DNA of 64,000 nt from Gaiellales bacterium (GTDB lineage: Bacteria > Actinomycetota > Thermoleophilia > RBG-16-64-13), in contig JAAYAL010000025.1 in the NCBI GenBank assembly GCA_012719395.1, positions 8,558-72,557 on the forward strand, written 5' to 3'. The notes below the pieces were generated by a model that was not told the origin of the DNA, ran no database searches, and saw only the letters and a list, made by a program, of their open reading frames with translations. The stretch's first letter is position 1. Every line of letters starts with the position of its first letter. Made by a program: the position numbers and the translations under genes. Positions 18,379 through 26,798 of the stretch are shown in pieces.

Positions 18379-19581
18379 ATGCACCGTAAAACTAGTCGGG
18401 AGGTACCGACCATCCGCAGCCAAGCCAACACCAGGGGTCCGTTTGTCATTCTCCTCTGTCTCCTCCTCCTCGGTTTCCTCGCCGCTCTCGCATTCACCTC
18501 TAGCCCCGCTGTGGCCGATCAGGAGGCCATTGACCAGGCCAGGAATGAGGCGGCCTCGCTCCGAGAGCGGGTGGAGCAGGCCAACTACGAGTTGGAAGTG
18601 GCCATCGAGAGTCTCCACGGGGCCCACTACCGGCTCCAGCAGACGGAGGAGAACCTAGAGAAGAACACCGCCTTGCTGGCATCAACGGAAGAGGACCTGT
18701 CCCTCATCACGGAGCGGCTCAACACCCGTTTGGAGTCAATCTATCGCAACGGCCAGATGAGCCTCCTGGAGGCCTTGTTCACGGCTACTTCCTTTTCTGA
18801 GTTCGTCAACAGGCTGGATCTGGTGCAGCGTGTCAGCGAGAGTGATGCGGAGATGCTGAGCCAGGTGGTGGGCTACAAAGACAAGGTGCAGGCCACCAGG
18901 GATCAGTTGGCCCAGGACAAGAAGGACCAAGCTGCGTACCTGGCGGAGGCTGAGAGCTATCAGGCCCAGGTGGAAAGCGAGCTGGGCGAGTGGCAGGGTC
19001 TGCTCGCGGGCAAGGAAGCGGAGATAGAACAGCTCATCGCCGAAGAAGAGGCGCGTCAGCGCAGGCTGGCGGAGGAGCGCAGGGCGGCAGAGGCGGCGGC
19101 CGCGGCGGCCGCCGCGGCGACGCAGCAGCAGTCCTCTTCGGCAGGCGGCGGCTCAGGGGGTGGCGGCGGCGGAAGCGGAAGCTCCTCCGGCGGCGGCTCG
19201 GGCTCAGGCAACTATGAAGCTCCGCCCAGTTCCGGCAGTGGGTCGTCGGTGGTCGATGTCGCCTATCAGTATCTGGGTGTGCCGTACGTGTGGGGCGGGG
19301 AATCCCCCGGCGGTTTTGACTGCTCCGGGTTGGTCACATACGTCTTCAGGCAGCTGGGCGTCTCTTTGCCGCACTATGCCGCGGCTCAGTTCAACTGTGG
19401 GCGGCCTGTCTCCCGGGGGGATCTTGAGCCTGGGGACGTGGTCTTTTTCGGTTCCAGCATCCATCATGTAGGAATATACGTTGGCGGCGGGAACATGATT
19501 CATGCGCCTTACACGGGAGCCGTGGTCCGCGTGAACAGCGTGGACCGCAGCGACTACGCCGGGGCGCGGCGCATGATCTAA
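18379..19581 (+). CDS. NlpC/P60 peptidoglycan endopeptidase with N-terminal coiled-coil and Ala/Gly-Ser low-complexity linker (RipA/CwlO-like)
   Basis: Signal peptide, long coiled-coil, 'FDCSGLVTYVF...H.VGIYVG...IHA' C-H-H catalytic core. Confidence 0.8.
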   Translation: MHRKTSREVPTIRSQANTRGPFVILLCLLLLGFLAALAFTSSPAVADQEAIDQARNEAASLRERVEQANYELEVAIESLHGAHYRLQQTEENLEKNTALLASTEEDLSLITERLNTRLESIYRNGQMSLLEALFTATSFSEFVNRLDLVQRVSESDAEMLSQVVGYKDKVQATRDQLAQDKKDQAAYLAEAESYQAQVESELGEWQGLLAGKEAEIEQLIAEEEARQRRLAEERRAAEAAAAAAAAATQQQSSSAGGGSGGGGGGSGSSSGGGSGSGNYEAPPSSGSGSSVVDVAYQYLGVPYVWGGESPGGFDCSGLVTYVFRQLGVSLPHYAAAQFNCGRPVSRGDLEPGDVVFFGSSIHHVGIYVGGGNMIHAPYTGAVVRVNSVDRSDYAGARRMI

Positions 19582-19690
19582 CGGTCGAGCACCGCGGCCC
19601 GGGCCTCGCAGCCCGGAACTACACGCCCGGGTCATAGTTGATGCCCGTGTGAGGCGTGCCGGGCCATGTGATCGAATGGGAGCGTGCTCG

Positions 19691-20779
19691 ATGAAGTCCG
19701 TGGATGAGCTGCTGGCGCAGATGGTTGCTGCCGATGCCTCCGATCTCCATATCAAGGCAGATAGCCCGCCGGTGATGAGGGTGGACGGTGGACTGTCCGT
19801 ACTGGAGGGGGAGCCCCTGACGTCGGAGCACACCAAGGACTACGCGGCCTCGCTCATGAGCGACAGGCAGATCCGGCGTTTCAGCGAGACCAACGAGATT
19901 GATTTCGCCTACAGCGCGCCGGCCATCGGCCGTTTCCGCGTCAACGTCTTCCGCCAGAGAGGGAGCATCTCCATCGCCGTGCGGCAGGTGGTGGGGAAGA
20001 TCCCCACTTTTGAGAAGCTCATGCTGCCGGACGCAGTGCGGAAGCTGGCTCTGGAGCCGCGGGGCATGGTGCTGGTCACCGGGACCACGGGGTCCGGCAA
20101 GACCACCACGCTGGCCACCATGATTGACCACATCAACGCCACGATGCGGCGGCACATCGTCACGGTGGAGGATCCTATCGAGATCCTGCATGCAGACAAG
20201 AACTCCATCATCAACCAGCGCGAGGTGGGGCTCGACACCGAATCCTACTCGTCGGCGCTGAAGTACGTGTTGCGGCAGGACCCGGACGTCATCCTCATCG
20301 GTGAGATGAGAGACCTGGAGACGGTGCGCACAGCCCTGACGGCGGCCCAGACCGGCCATCTGGTATTCAGCACCCTGCATACCATCGATGCCACGGAGAC
20401 CGTGAACCGGATCATCGACTTCTTTCCCCTCTATCAGCAGAAGCAAGTCCGCATCATGCTGGCCGGCTCGCTGCGCGGCATTATCTCGCAGCGGCTTTTG
20501 CCCCGGGCGGACGGGAACGGGCGGGCGCCGGCCGTGGAGGTGATGATCATGACCAACCGCATCCGGGACTCCATCCTTGATGGGGCGCACACCCACGAGA
20601 TCACCGCTGCCATTGGGGAAGGCGGCTTCTACGGCATGCAGACCTTCGATCAGAGCCTGCTCAGCCTGTACGAGCAGGGCGTGGTGACCCTGCAGGAGGC
20701 GGTGCAGGCGGCCACCAGCCCCCACGACTTCAAGCTCTTGGTGCAGTCGCATGGCCTCGAGGTGTCGCTGCGTGAGTAG
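19691..20779 (+). CDS. pilT: type IV pilus retraction ATPase PilT family
   Basis: Walker A 'GTTGSGKTTT', 'VILIGEMRD', PilT-specific 'AHTHEI'-type C-terminal region. Confidence 0.85.
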   Translation: MKSVDELLAQMVAADASDLHIKADSPPVMRVDGGLSVLEGEPLTSEHTKDYAASLMSDRQIRRFSETNEIDFAYSAPAIGRFRVNVFRQRGSISIAVRQVVGKIPTFEKLMLPDAVRKLALEPRGMVLVTGTTGSGKTTTLATMIDHINATMRRHIVTVEDPIEILHADKNSIINQREVGLDTESYSSALKYVLRQDPDVILIGEMRDLETVRTALTAAQTGHLVFSTLHTIDATETVNRIIDFFPLYQQKQVRIMLAGSLRGIISQRLLPRADGNGRAPAVEVMIMTNRIRDSILDGAHTHEITAAIGEGGFYGMQTFDQSLLSLYEQGVVTLQEAVQAATSPHDFKLLVQSHGLEVSLRE

Positions 20780-21377
20780 CATTGCTCCGCGGGCCGGTGG
20801 GCCGGCGCGCGAGGGCGTGGGAAGCGGGTGGAGTTGGAAGCGCCTGCGTCGCCTGCTGACCCCGGTCCGCCTACCCGCTGCTCCACCCATCCCGGGGGCG
20901 CTGGCTCTGCTCGTGCTCCGTTTTCCCCTGTTGGTTCCTGTTCGGCTGCGCTGGCGGACGGCAGCGTCGGGGCTGGGTTTGGCGGTGGCGACGCTGTGCG
21001 AGGGGCCGGTGGAGCAGGGGGCGGGCAGATCCGTAGGTGGGGCTTTGGAGGGCATTGGCGAAGCCCAGGGCCGCGCCTTGCAGGAAGCTCTGGGCTACGG
21101 TGCCACGCTACTGGAGTGTGCCCGGGCCGTGGCTCTTGCCAACCGCCTCTATCATATTCAGGCCCTGGCCGTGCCCGTCTCGCCGCAGGAGGCGCAGGTG
21201 GTCACGCTGGGCTGTCCCTGGTCGAGGCAGTCGTGGTGGGGCAAGCGTCCTTGCGGCGCGTTCTCCCGGTACGAGGCGGGGCTGGTGCGGGGATTGAACA
21301 ACCAAGTGTCGCTCACCTACTCGGCCAAGCGCACGCGGGGAGACGATCGGTGCGTGGGCGTCTACCGGTGGCGATAA
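20751..21377 (+). CDS. V4R (4-vinyl reductase-like) domain protein; start uncertain
   Basis: C-terminal 'VTLGCPWSRQSWWGKRPCGAFSRYEAGLVRGLNNQVSLTYSAKRTRGDDRCVGVYRW' fits the V4R Cys/Gly pattern. Overlaps the pilT 3' end. Confidence 0.4.
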   Translation: MASRCRCVSSIAPRAGGPAREGVGSGWSWKRLRRLLTPVRLPAAPPIPGALALLVLRFPLLVPVRLRWRTAASGLGLAVATLCEGPVEQGAGRSVGGALEGIGEAQGRALQEALGYGATLLECARAVALANRLYHIQALAVPVSPQEAQVVTLGCPWSRQSWWGKRPCGAFSRYEAGLVRGLNNQVSLTYSAKRTRGDDRCVGVYRWR

Positions 21378-21390
21378 GGGGCTGCGCCGC

Positions 21391-21753
21391 TCACGACTTG
21401 CTGCGCCGCTTGTCCCCTCCGATGATGATGTTGACCAGCCAAGTGATGACGGAGATGAGCAGGGCGGCCAGGACGGCCCACCAGAAGCCGTCGATCTGCA
21501 TGTGGTCGCCCAGTATCCAATCCAGGATCTGCAGGATCAAGCCGTTGAGCACCAAGGTGAACAGCCCAAGGGTGAGGATGTTGATGGGGAGGGTGACCAG
21601 CACCAGTATTGGACGCAGGAAGGTATTGAGGATGCCCAGCAGGAGCGCTGCCAGCACTGCGATCCAGATGCTGTCCAGTTGAAAGGCGGGCAGGATCTTG
21701 GTCACGGCCAGAATGGCGAGCGTGTTGACCGCCCATCTCACCAGCAATCTCAT
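21391..21753 (-). CDS. DUF360 / phage_holin_4_2 family membrane protein (YvlD-like)
   Basis: Three to four TM helices, 'LLGILNTFLRPILVLVTLPINILTLGLF' family signature. Confidence 0.6.
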   Translation of the reverse strand: MRLLVRWAVNTLAILAVTKILPAFQLDSIWIAVLAALLLGILNTFLRPILVLVTLPINILTLGLFTLVLNGLILQILDWILGDHMQIDGFWWAVLAALLISVITWLVNIIIGGDKRRSKS

Positions 21754-21807
21754 GCCGCCTCCCTGTGTGGTCAACTGTCGCCCGCGTGCCGACGGAAGGA
21801 ACGTCTC

Positions 21808-22782
21808 TTACGCCTCAGTATACGTCTGCAGAAGCTCTCTGGCGGCCTGTAGCAGGGCGGCCGTTTCTTCGGCCGGCTCCAGGATAACGCTTTGCCCCAG
21901 GTCGGCCAGCACCTCTCCCAACAGCCACTCGCGGTCGAAGTAGGGGAGGTGCACCAGCAACTGCCCGTCCGGCGCCCGGCTGAAGGGCATGCCCTGCTCT
22001 TCGAGGAGAGGGGCCCGCTCCGCTGGCTGTTGGAGGAGGGCCCAGTGAGGCGTGGGACCGAACGCTCTCGAGGCTTCCGTGGAGGGCGAACGGGTCATCT
22101 CCACCCGGGGTGTGAAGGTGGTGGGGCGTAGGGTGGCGACTTTGATTCGATCCACCCGGAAGGTACGGTGGCTTTCGCTCCGCAGGCAGTAAGCCTCCAG
22201 GTACCAGGCTCCCCCGATATTGCGCAGACCGTGGGGTTCCACCTCCCGCCAGGCCAGTTCATTGCGCGAAGGGGAGAAGTACTGGATGCCGGTGACCCTG
22301 CGTCCGGGGACGGCCTGTGCCAGCGTCTCCAGCACGTCGGGCGAGGCGGGCGTCAAGGACTCGGCGGCGGCGAGAGGGACGGCGGAGGGGCTGTCCAGGC
22401 AGGAGGCCAGCTTTGTCCGCAGCGCACCGGCCTCACCCGGTGGCAGCGGCAGTACATCTCCCACCAGGTCCAGTGCCAGGATGACCGAGCGGACCAGCGT
22501 GGGGGAGAGCCGGGCGGGATACGCCATGGCGTCGGCGCCCACGTCGCTTTCCACCACCAGATCGTCACAGTCGCGGTAGGCGTAGAGGAGGTAGGTGCCT
22601 CCTCCGAAGTTGACAAGGTTGAGCAGCGCCACGTCCTCTTCTATTTCGGAGACGGTCAGGCCCAGTGACGCCGTGATGTCTGCCAGCGGAATGCGGGGAG
22701 TGCTCTGGGCAAGCAGGAAGGCCAGAAGGCCCAGGGCCCTGACCACCCTCTCCGGCCCCACTCCCGGCGTTGGCCTGCTCAC
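21808..22782 (-). CDS. HTH-WYL-WCX transcriptional regulator (PafC-like)
   Basis: HTH 'ERVVRALGLLAFLL', WYL 'AWYLEAYCLRSESHRTFRVDRI'. GTG start overlaps the upstream gene's stop (GTGA). Confidence 0.7.
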   Translation of the reverse strand: MSRPTPGVGPERVVRALGLLAFLLAQSTPRIPLADITASLGLTVSEIEEDVALLNLVNFGGGTYLLYAYRDCDDLVVESDVGADAMAYPARLSPTLVRSVILALDLVGDVLPLPPGEAGALRTKLASCLDSPSAVPLAAAESLTPASPDVLETLAQAVPGRRVTGIQYFSPSRNELAWREVEPHGLRNIGGAWYLEAYCLRSESHRTFRVDRIKVATLRPTTFTPRVEMTRSPSTEASRAFGPTPHWALLQQPAERAPLLEEQGMPFSRAPDGQLLVHLPYFDREWLLGEVLADLGQSVILEPAEETAALLQAARELLQTYTEA

Positions 22783-23801
22783 GTCCTGGCTCCGTGAGAA
22801 TGGAGACGGATGATGGCCTGGAGTCCCTGACGGATGGCGGCGCGCAGCTCTTCCGGCTGCTGAAGCACCACCACGGTGTGGTGGCGCAGGACCCACCCGA
22901 CGAGGGGCTCAGCGGCGGCAAAAGGGAAGGTGTAGGTGTACCCGCCGGCGTCGGTGCTCTCCCGTTGCACGAACCGGCCATAGGTGCGGTCCACCCACCA
23001 GGCGAAGCGGCGGTCGATCCAGACGGTTGCCTCTCCCTCCACGGGTCCGAGCAACCAAGGGGGGCGGGCGGCGTAGTCGGCGGGGTCGTAGTCCGTGGGT
23101 GGCTCGAAGTCGGCGGGTTTCTTCGTCAGGAAACCCACCCGCCCGTTGATGCGATCCACCCGGAACATGCGTTGCGCCTGCCGCTGGTGATCCCACCCCG
23201 CGACGTACCAATGGCCGCTGATGAGGAAGAGGCCATAGGGGTTGACGCGGCGGGTGGCAGCCTGGCTCTCGGCCGCGCGGCGATAGGAGAACTCCACCGA
23301 TTTGCGGCGGGTGACGGCACTGTCCAGCTTGGCCAGCCCGGCTCGCACCTGCGGAGGGTAGTGATTGCCCACATGGATACCGGAGACACGGAGGTCCTGT
23401 TTGACGGGGGCGGGCCCGCCTTCGGCCAGTCGCAGCGCGTTCAGCGCCAGGCGCAGGGGCTGCTCGTATGGGAAGCCCCCCTGCAGCGCCAGAAGCGCGG
23501 CCGCCAGAGCCTGCACCTCGCCTGCGCCCAGGTGAAGCTGCGGGAGCGCGTAGTTCTCTTTGGGCAGGAAGTAGGCCTCCGTGTCCTCCCAGCGCGGATC
23601 AGACATCTTCACAATATGGAAGCCCAGCCGGCCCAGGCCTTGGCGATCATCGTAGAAGCGCTTCTTGAAGGCCTCGTCCGTCATGGCCCCGTAGCCCTCC
23701 ACGTTCTCCTGTACCTCCAACGAGGAAACGGGCCTGCCCGAGCCCAGCAGGAAGGAGAGGAGCGACAACTGGCGCAGGCTCTTCTCTTGGTCTTTGGACA
23801 T
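22779..23801 (-). CDS. HTH-WYL-WCX transcriptional regulator (PafB-like)
   Basis: HTH 'LRQLSLLSFLL', WYL 'GHWYVAGWDHQRQAQRMFRVDRI'. Confidence 0.7.
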   Translation of the reverse strand: MSKDQEKSLRQLSLLSFLLGSGRPVSSLEVQENVEGYGAMTDEAFKKRFYDDRQGLGRLGFHIVKMSDPRWEDTEAYFLPKENYALPQLHLGAGEVQALAAALLALQGGFPYEQPLRLALNALRLAEGGPAPVKQDLRVSGIHVGNHYPPQVRAGLAKLDSAVTRRKSVEFSYRRAAESQAATRRVNPYGLFLISGHWYVAGWDHQRQAQRMFRVDRINGRVGFLTKKPADFEPPTDYDPADYAARPPWLLGPVEGEATVWIDRRFAWWVDRTYGRFVQRESTDAGGYTYTFPFAAAEPLVGWVLRHHTVVVLQQPEELRAAIRQGLQAIIRLHSHGART

Positions 23802-23864
23802 GCTCCAAGGTTAGCGCACAAACGAGGCAAGGTTTCCGTCTGCGGCGGTGGATAGAATAGCGAC

Positions 23865-26798
23865 ATGGAATGGGTGAGCGGCGTGGGCGGAGCGGGGCGC
23901 GGTGCGCGTGGGTGTGAGCCGCGGGCGGCTGCCGGCGGGCGCGGGGAGATCCTGCCGGACGGGATCGCGCGCTGGTGGGGAGAGCACCGCGGTCGGGCAC
24001 CCTTCTTTCTGGTTCCTTCCCGGGAGGATGCCACGGAACTCACGCTGGCCCTGGCGTCGCGGGACGGCCCGCTGCTGGGTGCCGCCGTGGCGGGAACCTT
24101 CGATGATCTGGCTTCGCTGTTGCTGGGCGGTCGCGTGCGGCCCCTGGGTGAGGTGGCGCGGGAGGCAGTGGTGCGCTGGGCGGCGGCCCCCACCCTGGCT
24201 GCGCCGGACGGTGTGTTGGGCAGGCTGGGAAGCTTTCCCGCGGGGCTCGCCGGCCTGCTGGAGGAGATGGAGGCATCTGGTCTGGGAGGAGAGCAGATCG
24301 GCCGTGTCCTGGCCGCCTGGGAGGCCCTCGCCCCCGAGTCTGACGTGCGGCGTTTGGCGCAGGAGTTGCGCGTCATCTACCAGAGGTATGCGATGCTTTG
24401 TGCCGACCGCTCGTGGCACGGGACGGCGTCAACCCTGCGGGCGGCGGCCCTTCGTGCCCAGGGTGCGGTGGAGGCCGAGGAGCCCGAGCGGGAGGTAGCC
24501 TCAATCCACGCTGCTGCGCCGCTGATCCACGCTCCCGGCCCGGCCGTCTGGGCCCGTCCCATCCTGTGCGTAGGTTTCCTTACCTTCACACCAGTGCAGC
24601 GCCTGCTCTTGGATGCGCTGAGCCGGCGCACCACGGTCACACTGGAGCCGTCTTGGACGGGGTCTCCGAACGGGGGCCAGGCGCCCGTTCGCTTGCTGCA
24701 GTCCGCGGGCCGGCGCGGGGAGATGGAAACGGTCGCGGCCGAGGTGGTGGAACTGATGCGCGCCGGTATGGAAGCGGCGGACATCGCGCTGGTGGCGCGC
24801 AGCGCGGGGCCTTGGCGCAAGGTGGCCAAGGAGGTGTTCTCCGTCTATGGAATCCCGTTGAGAGTGGATGCCTCCTTCAGGTTCCGGGAGACGGGCCTGG
24901 GTAGTGCCTTGTTGTCGGCCGTGGGGGCCATGTTGAGGGGAGAGACCCGGGCGCTCATTGGGTGGTTCCGTGGCCGCTATTCCCAGGCGCATCCTCAGGC
25001 ACTGAGGGGTCGGGAGCTGGAGCGCTGGCGTGGGATTGTGTCCTGGCCGGCGGATCCTGCCGCGCGCGGGGTATTGGCGGAGCTGTTTCCCCAGGATATG
25101 GCTCTGCTGCAGGGCTGCGTGGAGACTGACGGCGGGGGCGCACCCCGTCTCCGCCCGGCAGGGGTGGTGGATCTGGCTCGGAGCATGGTCGCTGTGTCCG
25201 TGTGTCGGCTCCCCCTGATGCATCCCATGGTGGCGGAAGACGCAAGAGCGTTGCAGGCGTTGGAGTCGGGGCTGGCGGAGGTAGAAGAGACGGACGGTGG
25301 AGGGATGGACTCGGCCGGAGGAGGCGCCGCGTGGACCGGCGCCGCCGCCCTGCTGGACATCCTGGCCGACGCCGCCCTGTGGCCTGCACCCCATGTCGCC
25401 GGTGGGGTCACGCTGCAGAGCGCCGGCAGGCTTCGACTTCGCCCCTACCGCGCCGTCTTCGTGCTGGGCCTGGTGGATCAGGAGTTTCCCGCTGGGGACC
25501 AGAGCTCCGGTTTGCTGCCCACATCGCTTCGTAGGGAGTGCAACCGGTTGGGCGGCGAGGCGTTGTTTGAGGAGCCGGCGGAGGACCTGGACGCCAGGCT
25601 TTTCCAGTTGGCCGTCTCGCACGGCGCCGAGTGCGTCTACCTCTCTCAGCGCGTGAGCGATGACAACGGCAACGCCTTGTCTCCCTCCCCCTTCCTTCTC
25701 TCGGTTGACGCGGAGGGGGGAGGCCTGTCGCCCTGGAGGCAGCGGACTCTGGCGGATGTGGTGCACCCGGTACCTCTGGCGCCGAGCCATCACGAGTTCC
25801 TACGGTCCTGTGCGGCCGGGAACCTCCTTCCCGAAGGTGAGAAGAACATCTCCCGGTTGGTGGCGGCCGCTCGGAGTCTCCATTCTCCCGCCTGTCTGGG
25901 GGACGCACGCGTGATTGAGGTGCTCTCATCTCGTTCCACCTTCGCGGCCGGCGAGATTGAAGCCTATGCGCGCTGCCCTTTCGCATGGTTCCTGCAGAGC
26001 CAGGTGGGACTTCGTGCGGCGGAGGAAGACGCCGGGCCCCAGGATCTGGGGCTGCTGGTGCATGCAGTCATGGCCCGCCTCTACACGGAGCTGGGCAAGC
26101 TGGAGCTGCTGCCCTTGACCCAGGCTTCCAGCGCAGCCGCACTCGATTGCGCGGAGCGGGTCCTCAGCGAGGTCGCTGCCGGCAGGGCCGCCGTTGCTTC
26201 CCCGGCCTCCCGAGGCCTGCTGCTGGCCCAGGCCCGCTATCGCGTACGCGAGCACCTGGAGCGGGAGGCGGCGGCGGGAGGAGCCATGATGACGTGCGCA
26301 GTCGAGCTTTCGCTGCCCGCGCAGGGTGTGGAGTTGGGCGATGGCCTCGCGGTCCGCGGGAGGGTGGATCGGGTGGATGTCTCTCCGTCCGGTGACGGTT
26401 TTGCCGTGATGGACTACAAGACCGGCTCGTACGTGCCTCGCAAGGCATGGGCGGAGGAGGGCATGCTGCAGGTGGCGCTGTACCTGCTGGCGTTGAGCGT
26501 ATTGTGGCCGCAGAGGCGGCCGCTTGGTGGGGGTTACCTGTTCCTGGGGCGGGGTCAAGGCAAGGGTCTGTTTGTGGAAGCGTCGGCTCCGCTGGCGGGA
26601 GAAGGAGCACCGTGGGTCGCGGTACCGGAGGAAGAGCTGAGGCGGCAACTCGAGGATTGCCGTTTGGCGGCCTTGGGAGTCGCGGAGGGGATACGGTCCG
26701 GTCGGGTGGGCGCGGATCTCGCGAGTACCTGCCCACGCTACTGCGTGTTCGGCCCGGTATGCCGCAGCCGGAGGGGCTCCCCTTGGGGGTGGTCATGA
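23865..26798 (+). CDS. AddB/AdnA-like helicase-nuclease subunit (no Walker A; RecB-family nuclease with Fe-S Cys motif)
   Basis: C-terminal 'MDYKTG' nuclease motif, Cys at 'ARCPFAWF' plus 'CPRYCVFGPVC'. No GxxGxGKT. Start ATG 23865 or a nearby GTG. Confidence 0.7.
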   Translation: MEWVSGVGGAGRGARGCEPRAAAGGRGEILPDGIARWWGEHRGRAPFFLVPSREDATELTLALASRDGPLLGAAVAGTFDDLASLLLGGRVRPLGEVAREAVVRWAAAPTLAAPDGVLGRLGSFPAGLAGLLEEMEASGLGGEQIGRVLAAWEALAPESDVRRLAQELRVIYQRYAMLCADRSWHGTASTLRAAALRAQGAVEAEEPEREVASIHAAAPLIHAPGPAVWARPILCVGFLTFTPVQRLLLDALSRRTTVTLEPSWTGSPNGGQAPVRLLQSAGRRGEMETVAAEVVELMRAGMEAADIALVARSAGPWRKVAKEVFSVYGIPLRVDASFRFRETGLGSALLSAVGAMLRGETRALIGWFRGRYSQAHPQALRGRELERWRGIVSWPADPAARGVLAELFPQDMALLQGCVETDGGGAPRLRPAGVVDLARSMVAVSVCRLPLMHPMVAEDARALQALESGLAEVEETDGGGMDSAGGGAAWTGAAALLDILADAALWPAPHVAGGVTLQSAGRLRLRPYRAVFVLGLVDQEFPAGDQSSGLLPTSLRRECNRLGGEALFEEPAEDLDARLFQLAVSHGAECVYLSQRVSDDNGNALSPSPFLLSVDAEGGGLSPWRQRTLADVVHPVPLAPSHHEFLRSCAAGNLLPEGEKNISRLVAAARSLHSPACLGDARVIEVLSSRSTFAAGEIEAYARCPFAWFLQSQVGLRAAEEDAGPQDLGLLVHAVMARLYTELGKLELLPLTQASSAAALDCAERVLSEVAAGRAAVASPASRGLLLAQARYRVREHLEREAAAGGAMMTCAVELSLPAQGVELGDGLAVRGRVDRVDVSPSGDGFAVMDYKTGSYVPRKAWAEEGMLQVALYLLALSVLWPQRRPLGGGYLFLGRGQGKGLFVEASAPLAGEGAPWVAVPEEELRRQLEDCRLAALGVAEGIRSGRVGADLASTCPRYCVFGPVCRSRRGSPWGWS

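Noticed and set aside
20828-21682. 284-aa plus-strand ORF overlapping the V4R candidate and antisense to the DUF360 gene
   Set aside because: Composition typical of an off-frame high-GC artefact. The overlapping frame 20751..21377 has a recognisable V4R signature, and 21391..21753 on the minus strand is a clean membrane protein.
23802-23864. Confident RecA-NDp (PafBC) promoter call in the WYL/AddB intergenic region
   Set aside because: Only a TAGAAT -10-like hexamer is clear. The upstream 8-mer matches tgtcRgtg at about 5/8 positions, so it is reported only as a hypothesis.
24501-25793. 430-aa minus-strand ORF antisense to the AddB-like gene
   Set aside because: Antisense artefact. Sense strand has nuclease and Fe-S motifs.
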